Both the position numbers and the translations under genes were made by a program. DNA of 32,000 nucleotides from Thermosulfurimonas dismutans (GTDB lineage Bacteria; Desulfobacterota; Thermodesulfobacteria; Thermodesulfobacteriales; Thermodesulfobacteriaceae), in contig NZ_LWLG01000003.1 in the NCBI RefSeq assembly GCF_001652585.1, positions 97,838 to 129,837 on the forward strand. The letters are read 5' to 3'. Each line of letters opens with the position of its first letter. Within the stretch, counting starts at the first letter, position 1. The notes below the pieces were generated by a model. The model made no database searches, was not told the origin of the DNA, and was given only the letters and a program-made list of their open reading frames with translations. Positions 27,106 through 32,000 of the stretch are shown here, in pieces.

Positions 27106-27133
27106 TAAACAAAAAGTAGGAATCCACCGATAA
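27106..27133 (+). promoter_or_regulatory. Candidate sigma28 (FliA)-type promoter upstream of motA
   Basis: TAAA at 27106-27109, 16 nt, then ACCGATAA at 27126-27133. The enterobacterial consensus is TAAA-N15-GCCGATAA, so the -10 element matches 7/8 and the spacer is 1 nt longer. It lies 32 nt upstream of the motA ATG, with GAAAGGGG RBS in between. Confidence 0.45.
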
Positions 27134-27164
27134 ATAAATTAGCACCATAAGAAAGGGGCTTTAT

Positions 27165-27929
27165 ATGGATCTTGGAACCGTTGTCGGGTTGATATTGGGT
27201 ATAGTTCTCCTCTTGGGCTCTATTTTAGTTGGCGGTTCTTTGGGAATTTTTATCAATATTCCTTCGGTGCTGGTGGTTGTGGGGGGGACCATCGCGGCCA
27301 CCTTTATACGATTTTCCCTAAACGAAGTGTTGGGATCCATCAATGTGGCCATGAAGGCCTTCTTTTATAAAGCCAAACCCCCAGAGGAGACTATCAAAGA
27401 GATTGTCACTCTGGCCAATATAGCCCGCCGGGAAGGACTTCTTAAATTAGAGAAACAACCCATTGAGGATCCCTTTCTGAAGAAGGCCATCATGTTCTGT
27501 GTGGACGGCCATGAAGCGGATTTTATTGAGGAAGTTCTTTCGAAAGAGGTGCAACTTACGGCTGAAAGACATGAAACCGGCCAGAATCTGTTCAAATCTA
27601 TGGGGGATGCGGCTCCGGCCTTTGGAATGATCGGAACTCTTATCGGGCTGGTTCAGATGCTTTCGTCTATGGAGGATCCGAAGTCCATTGGTCCGGCGAT
27701 GGCAGTGGCCCTTTTGACCACCCTTTACGGAGCCGTGCTTGCCAATTTGGTCTTCTTGCCCATTGCCGACAAGCTGGCTCATCGTTCACAAGAGGAACAA
27801 CTTACCAAAAAGCTCATCATAGAAGGGGTCATAGGACTTCAAAAAGGGTTGAATCCTAGGGTGCTAGAAGAAGTGCTTCAGACCTTTCTACCCCCCAAAA
27901 AACGCAAGGCCTCCGGAGCTGAAGAATAA
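27165..27929 (+). CDS. motA: Flagellar motor stator protein MotA/PomA
   Basis: 254 aa with four TM segments. The N-terminus MDLGTVVGLILG and the MotA/TolQ/ExbB channel region AFGMIGTLIGLVQML......GPAMAVALLTTLYGA are present. Confidence 0.85.
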   Translation: MDLGTVVGLILGIVLLLGSILVGGSLGIFINIPSVLVVVGGTIAATFIRFSLNEVLGSINVAMKAFFYKAKPPEETIKEIVTLANIARREGLLKLEKQPIEDPFLKKAIMFCVDGHEADFIEEVLSKEVQLTAERHETGQNLFKSMGDAAPAFGMIGTLIGLVQMLSSMEDPKSIGPAMAVALLTTLYGAVLANLVFLPIADKLAHRSQEEQLTKKLIIEGVIGLQKGLNPRVLEEVLQTFLPPKKRKASGAEE

Positions 27930-28699
27930 TGCCCAAAGAGGAAGCCCAAAAGCCTAAGTGTGAAGCGGGTGCTCCCAAATGGATGACCACCTTTTCGGAT
28001 CTTATGAGCCTCCTCATGTGTTTTTTTGTACTTCTACTTTCATTTTCGGAGATGGACGTGGCCAAATTCAAAGAGGTGGCCGGTTCTTTGCGGGAGGCCT
28101 TTGGCGTCCAAAGGGAAGAAGTGGTCTTTGAGATCCCCAAGGGTTTGGATATCGTTTCCCGAGAATTCCAGGCCCGTTTTACGGTGGAGGAACTGTTAGA
28201 AAGACTAAAGTCGGCCGTGAAACTGGAACTCATAAAAGGAGAGATTCAGATAGAATCTCTTGAAGATCGTGTGGTTCTAAGAATGAAAGATAGACTTATC
28301 TTCCCGCCAGGTAGTGCCGAGCTTACTCCCCAGGCTAAACAGATCCTTGATAGTTTGGGCGAGGTTTTCAAGCTTTTTGACGGGGAGATCATTGTAGCTG
28401 GCCATACCGACGATATTCCCCCAAAAAAAGGGCCTTACCGTTCAAATTGGGAACTTTCCGCCGCTAGAGCCGTTTCTGTGGTTCAGTATCTTCTGAAAAA
28501 AAACTACGTTCTTCCTGAACAGATCTCCGCAGTGGGCTATGGCCCTTCGCGTCCCCTTTATCCCAACGACTCTCCGGAACACCGAGCTGCCAATCGCCGG
28601 GTGGAAATAGTGCTTTTACAAAAGAAAACTCCTCTTTTAAAATACAGGGAGACCTTTTCCGGCAAGCAGGAACAAGGACCCATTCCTAGGGGGCTTTAA
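27929..28699 (+). CDS. motB: Flagellar motor stator protein MotB (OmpA-like peptidoglycan-binding C-terminus)
   Basis: PKWMTTFSDLMSLLMCFFVLL carries the conserved proton-channel Asp ahead of the TM segment. The C-terminal OmpA motif reads GHTD......SNWELSAARA....RRVEIV. The start overlaps the motA stop. Confidence 0.85.
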   Translation: MPKEEAQKPKCEAGAPKWMTTFSDLMSLLMCFFVLLLSFSEMDVAKFKEVAGSLREAFGVQREEVVFEIPKGLDIVSREFQARFTVEELLERLKSAVKLELIKGEIQIESLEDRVVLRMKDRLIFPPGSAELTPQAKQILDSLGEVFKLFDGEIIVAGHTDDIPPKKGPYRSNWELSAARAVSVVQYLLKKNYVLPEQISAVGYGPSRPLYPNDSPEHRAANRRVEIVLLQKKTPLLKYRETFSGKQEQGPIPRGL

Positions 28700-28700
28700 T

Positions 28701-29255
28701 ATGGGCCGAGAGGCACGAACCCACGTAAGAATAGATGATCGCATTCTCCTTAAGTATCGAAAGATTTCTCCTGAGGAATTTCAAAAAAAGATAGCCCTTT
28801 ATAAAAGCGGTAAAGAATCCCCTTGGATAGATCCTTTAAGGGGGCCGGGCGAGGTCAAAAAGTTGAATTACCATCTAAAAAGACTTTGGGAAAAAAACCG
28901 TGATTTGGCAGAGATTTTGGAGATCTTGACCCTAAAGCTTGACCGTATACTACTAACTCTTAAGCAAGAAATCCTTCAAGACTTTCAGGAAGTGGCGGTC
29001 AATATTAGTGGCGCCGGTTTACGGTTCGCCTTGGAACCCCTCCCGGATATGGGAGAGATTTTTGAGTTTGATATCGGCCTTCTCCCGGAATATTACTTTT
29101 TCAGGGCTTACGGTGAAGTGGTTAGGGTGGAGGATAAAGAAGCAGCCTTTAAATTTGTCTGGCTCACAGAAGAGGATCTGGACCGCTTGGTGCAACATAT
29201 TTTTAAGAAACAGCTCCTTCAAATTCAAGCTTCAAAAAGGGCCGTCGAAGATTAA
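28701..29255 (+). CDS. PilZ-domain protein (putative c-di-GMP receptor), stator-linked
   Basis: RxxxR is present at residues 6-10 (RTHVR) and N-x-S-x-x-G at residues 101-106 (NISGAG), followed by beta-rich sequence. It starts 1 nt after the motB stop. Confidence 0.65.
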   Translation: MGREARTHVRIDDRILLKYRKISPEEFQKKIALYKSGKESPWIDPLRGPGEVKKLNYHLKRLWEKNRDLAEILEILTLKLDRILLTLKQEILQDFQEVAVNISGAGLRFALEPLPDMGEIFEFDIGLLPEYYFFRAYGEVVRVEDKEAAFKFVWLTEEDLDRLVQHIFKKQLLQIQASKRAVED

Positions 29256-30803
29256 ACAGGCCCCGCAGAGACGGCAGGTCTTTGAAGGTCTACAGGGTAG
29301 TGATTCCCGACCTTCCCGGGCTCTAATCCACTCTTGCCACAGAAATTCTTTTTGAATGCCAGGATCTACAACCTCCCATGGCAATCCTTGGTCTTCTTCC
29401 CTTCTGAGATATTCCGAAAGGGGCTTTTCCAGAGTTTTTAAGGCCTTAGAGAGTCCGTAGCCTTGGGCTATACTCAGGATAAAATTTTTGAGGGTTTCAT
29501 CTCCCCTAGCGATTAGAGCTTGGACAAGGGCCTCTTTAACGGATTCCGTAGAGACCTTTACCTTTAAGGCTCCCAGGGCTTTTCTCAGGGTGCGGGCCTT
29601 TTCTTTGAGTTTTTCAGGAGGCTCGAAAGAGGCCCACTGGAAGGGAGTCCAGGGTTTGGGAACAAAGGGTGAAAGGGAAACCGTGATTCTCTTCTTGGAA
29701 ATTTTCTTGATTTCGGCTACCAGTTCTGGAATCTGGGAGAGATCATCCGGTTCTTCAAAAGGTAGGCCAAACATGAAATAGAGTTTGAGATTAGTTACTT
29801 TCCAAGTGGCAAGCATTTCGGCCATAGATAGAATGGTCTCTCGGGTTAGGCGCTTGTTGATGATCCTTCGGAGTCTTTCGCTTGCGGCCTCAATGGCCAG
29901 GGTTACCGTACGGGTGCTCTCAAATAAAGGGCTCAACTCCGGTTTTAAGGCGTCCACTCTCAGGGAGGAAAAGGATACGGGGTGTCCTTTTTCAAGGAGC
30001 TTTTGGGCCAGTTCCTCTATCTCCTGATGTTTTAGGAATTCCAGGCCGATGAGGCCCACTTTGACCCCGGGATAAAGCTCATCCATCACCGCTAGAAGTT
30101 CGTGGTGCTCGAACCTCCTTGGAGGTCGATAAAGATAGCCTGCGGCACAAAAACGGCAGGCCTGTCCGCATCCCCGGGTGACTTCTATCAACTGACATTC
30201 TCCGAATTCGGCCTCTGGGGTTGTGATGGTGGAGAAGAGGGGGGATTTTGGTTTCGGAGACTTTACGATTTTCACCGGAAAGGGCCCATTGGGGGAAAGA
30301 AAACCAGGGACTTCGAAAAGCCGTTCAAGGAGGGAGTGCTTTTCGGGAGTTCCCGAAAGGAGAGCCCTTACCAGGGGTTCCCCTAGGGTTTCTAGTTCTC
30401 CTATAAGGAATCCATCTAGGAAGGGGAAAAGGGGTACGGGATTCAACCAGATGGCTACACCACCGGCGATTACTGGAACTTCCCTTTCTGCCGGATTAAG
30501 ACTTAGACTTCCAGCCTTGAGGATACTCAGAATTTTTGGAAAATCGCCTTCAAAGGGCACGGAAACAAGGACGAGTTTGAAGTCTCTCAACGGACGGTTT
30601 GTTTCTACAGACCGCAATCTTGAAAGATCATGGGACCAGAAGAATCTTTCGCAAACGATCTCCTCGTAGCGGTTGAGAAACTGATAGAGGGCTAGGAAGC
30701 CGAGGTTGGCCATTCCTACTCGGTAGGTATTGGGGAAGACCAAAGCTATAGGAAGACGTCCTCGCCAGCGTTTTCGAATAGTCCCTTTCTCTACGATAGT
30801 CAT
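29232..30803 (-). CDS. Radical SAM protein with an N-terminal B12-binding-like domain, function unknown
   Basis: TRGCGQACRFCAAGY is a Cx3Cx2C motif. The N-terminus LPIALVFPNTYRVGMANLGFLALYQFLN is typical of a large uncharacterised radical SAM family. The C-terminus has an extra cluster, CRPSKTCRLCGAC. I prefer ATG 30803 (MTIVEKG) over the track's TTG at 30827. Confidence 0.8.
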   Translation of the reverse strand: MTIVEKGTIRKRWRGRLPIALVFPNTYRVGMANLGFLALYQFLNRYEEIVCERFFWSHDLSRLRSVETNRPLRDFKLVLVSVPFEGDFPKILSILKAGSLSLNPAEREVPVIAGGVAIWLNPVPLFPFLDGFLIGELETLGEPLVRALLSGTPEKHSLLERLFEVPGFLSPNGPFPVKIVKSPKPKSPLFSTITTPEAEFGECQLIEVTRGCGQACRFCAAGYLYRPPRRFEHHELLAVMDELYPGVKVGLIGLEFLKHQEIEELAQKLLEKGHPVSFSSLRVDALKPELSPLFESTRTVTLAIEAASERLRRIINKRLTRETILSMAEMLATWKVTNLKLYFMFGLPFEEPDDLSQIPELVAEIKKISKKRITVSLSPFVPKPWTPFQWASFEPPEKLKEKARTLRKALGALKVKVSTESVKEALVQALIARGDETLKNFILSIAQGYGLSKALKTLEKPLSEYLRREEDQGLPWEVVDPGIQKEFLWQEWIRAREGRESLPCRPSKTCRLCGACLIFDGPF

Positions 30804-30810
30804 AGCCGCC

Positions 30811-30839
30811 TTGTTAATCCCAGCCAAAAAGAATAAACT
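30811..30839 (+). promoter_or_regulatory. Candidate sigma70-type promoter for kdsA (TTGTTA-N17-TAAACT)
   Basis: TTGTTA lies at 30811-30816, followed by a 17-nt spacer and TAAACT at 30834-30839. The hexamer ends 6 nt before the kdsA ATG. Confidence 0.3.
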
Positions 30840-30845
30840 AAAACC

Positions 30846-31667
30846 ATGTTTAATCTTAAGACCTGGTGGATAGAAAGAAAGGCCCCTCTTTTGATCGCGG
30901 GACCTTGTGTGCTCGAAAGTTTGGATCTGGCCCTTGAGGTGGCAGAGTTTATGAAGGAGGTGGCCGAAGGTTTGGGGTATATTTACGTCTTCAAGAGTTC
31001 TTTTGACAAAGCCAATCGGACTTCTGTTTCCTCTTTTCGTGGTCCTGGGCTTGAAAAGGGCCTTCTGTGGCTTTCAGAAGTGAAAAGCCGGGTAGGAGTT
31101 CCGGTAATTACGGATATTCACGAAACCTCTCAAGCTAAACCCGTGGCCGAAGTGGTAGACATTATCCAGATTCCGGCTTTTCTGTGTCGCCAGACGGATC
31201 TTATCCTTTCAGCGGCCGCTACTGGAAAACCATTAAATATCAAGAAGGGCCAATTTATGGCCCCTTGGGATATGGCCTATGCCGTAGAGAAGGCCCGCTC
31301 CGGAGGAGCGGATCTGGTGATGCTTACTGAAAGAGGGAACAGCTTCGGGTATAACAACCTGGTGGTGGACATGCGCTCGCTAGCCATCATGCGGACCTTC
31401 AAGGTCCCGGTCATCTTCGACGCCACCCACAGTGTTCAGCTTCCGGGAGGGGCAAAAGGGGCTTCCGGAGGAGACCGCCGTTTCGTGGCTCCGCTGGCTC
31501 GGGCAGCGGTGGCCTGTGGGGTGGATGGAATCTTCATGGAGGTTCATCCCGATCCGGACAGGGCCCTATGCGATGGTCCTAATTCCTTGCCCCTAAAGGA
31601 AGTGGAGTCTCTACTTGCAATTCTCAAAGATATTTTCGGGGTGCTGGTAAGGCATGGAATTTCCTGA
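30846..31667 (+). CDS. kdsA: 3-deoxy-8-phosphooctulonate (KDO-8-P) synthase
   Basis: [33 protein letters not shown] and [12 protein letters not shown] motifs are present. Confidence 0.9.
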   Translation: MFNLKTWWIERKAPLLIAGPCVLESLDLALEVAEFMKEVAEGLGYIYVFKSSFDKANRTSVSSFRGPGLEKGLLWLSEVKSRVGVPVITDIHETSQAKPVAEVVDIIQIPAFLCRQTDLILSAAATGKPLNIKKGQFMAPWDMAYAVEKARSGGADLVMLTERGNSFGYNNLVVDMRSLAIMRTFKVPVIFDATHSVQLPGGAKGASGGDRRFVAPLARAAVACGVDGIFMEVHPDPDRALCDGPNSLPLKEVESLLAILKDIFGVLVRHGIS

Positions 31668-32000
31668 AGAGGTTTTGAAGAGGGCCCGAAAAGTTAAGCT
31701 TTTGTTGCTTGACGTAGACGGTATCCTTACCGAGGGCCGCATTATAGTGGATGCCGAAGGGCGGGAAATCAAAAGTTTTTTTGTCCAGGATGGGATGGGA
31801 ATCAAGCTCCTCCAGCGGTCGGGGGTGGAAGTAGGGATTCTTTCAAGCCGTAACTCTCGGCCGGTAACACACCGGGCTCACGAACTGGGTATAGAGCTCG
31901 TCTTTCAAGGAGAGCTCGAAAAGGGGCGGCTCTACCAGAAGATCCTTGAGGATAAGGGCCTAACCGATGCCGAAGTGGCCTATATGGGGGATGACTGGGT
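31654..32000 (+). CDS. kdsC: KDO-8-P phosphatase (HAD superfamily), 3' end outside the window
   Basis: My own translation is [74 protein letters not shown]....G...K......[16 protein letters not shown]. It has the DxDG HAD motif I and a KdsC-like pattern. It overlaps the kdsA stop by 14 nt and is not in the ORF track because no stop is reached. Confidence 0.8.
   Translation, partial: MEFPEEVLKRARKVKLLLLDVDGILTEGRIIVDAEGREIKSFFVQDGMGIKLLQRSGVEVGILSSRNSRPVTHRAHELGIELVFQGELEKGRLYQKILEDKGLTDAEVAYMGDDW

Noticed and set aside
27002-29255. tRNA-Pro followed by lower-GC motAB-pilZ as a possible tRNA-targeted genomic island
   Set aside because: I found no integrase or recombinase gene and no repeat of the tRNA 3' end (TTCAAATCCGCC.../CGCCCCGACCA) downstream. 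The cargo is a normal chromosomal motility operon with its own sigma28-like promoter.
1-32000. Search for CRISPR arrays, tandem or long dispersed repeats, IS elements, toxin-antitoxin pairs or known defence genes
   Set aside because: I saw no regularly spaced direct repeats, no transposase/integrase/nuclease-helicase type ORFs, and almost no non-coding space. The largest gaps are 6205-6339 and 26990-27164. Manual reading may miss short degenerate repeats, so a repeat finder should confirm this.

Overview
Almost the whole window is tightly packed housekeeping coding sequence. I found 37 protein genes (two cut by the window edges), one tRNA-Pro and one candidate unannotated micro-ORF. The Glu/Lys/Arg-rich proteins and a NirJ/Ahb-type radical SAM gene suggest a thermophilic anaerobe, but that is inference only.

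Gene order:
- Plus strand: the 3' end of a ClpX/HslU-type ATPase gene, a degenerate single-domain receiver, a radical SAM/SPASM protein, a stand-alone IMP cyclohydrolase domain, and aroD-aroE-aroA.
- Minus strand: an HPP membrane protein.
- Plus strand: aroK.
- Minus strand: a membrane methyltransferase, an AmpG-like MFS transporter and adenine deaminase.
- Plus strand: a hypothetical gene, then nth-rluD-coaE.
- Minus strand: ribD.
- A 15 kb co-directional plus-strand run: a sigma54-type response regulator, a histidine kinase, a hypothetical gene, tilS, ftsH, folP, cdaA, cdaR, glmM, the micro-ORF, a NapH-like polyferredoxin, rph, rdgB, tRNA-Pro and motA-motB-pilZ.
- Minus strand: a radical SAM gene of unknown function.
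- Plus strand: kdsA and partial kdsC.

I saw no CRISPR array, transposase, integrase, long repeat or recognisable defence system. I cannot honestly claim a clear novel system.

The best leads are modest:
- a 44-codon TM+CxxC micro-ORF translationally coupled between glmM and an orphan polyferredoxin;
- a stator-linked PilZ protein whose c-di-GMP motifs are about 90 residues apart;
- a pseudo-receiver directly behind a ClpX/HslU-like ATPase with an extra C-terminal region;
- two uncharacterised helical proteins embedded in operons;
- two promoter geometries suggesting leaderless mRNAs.
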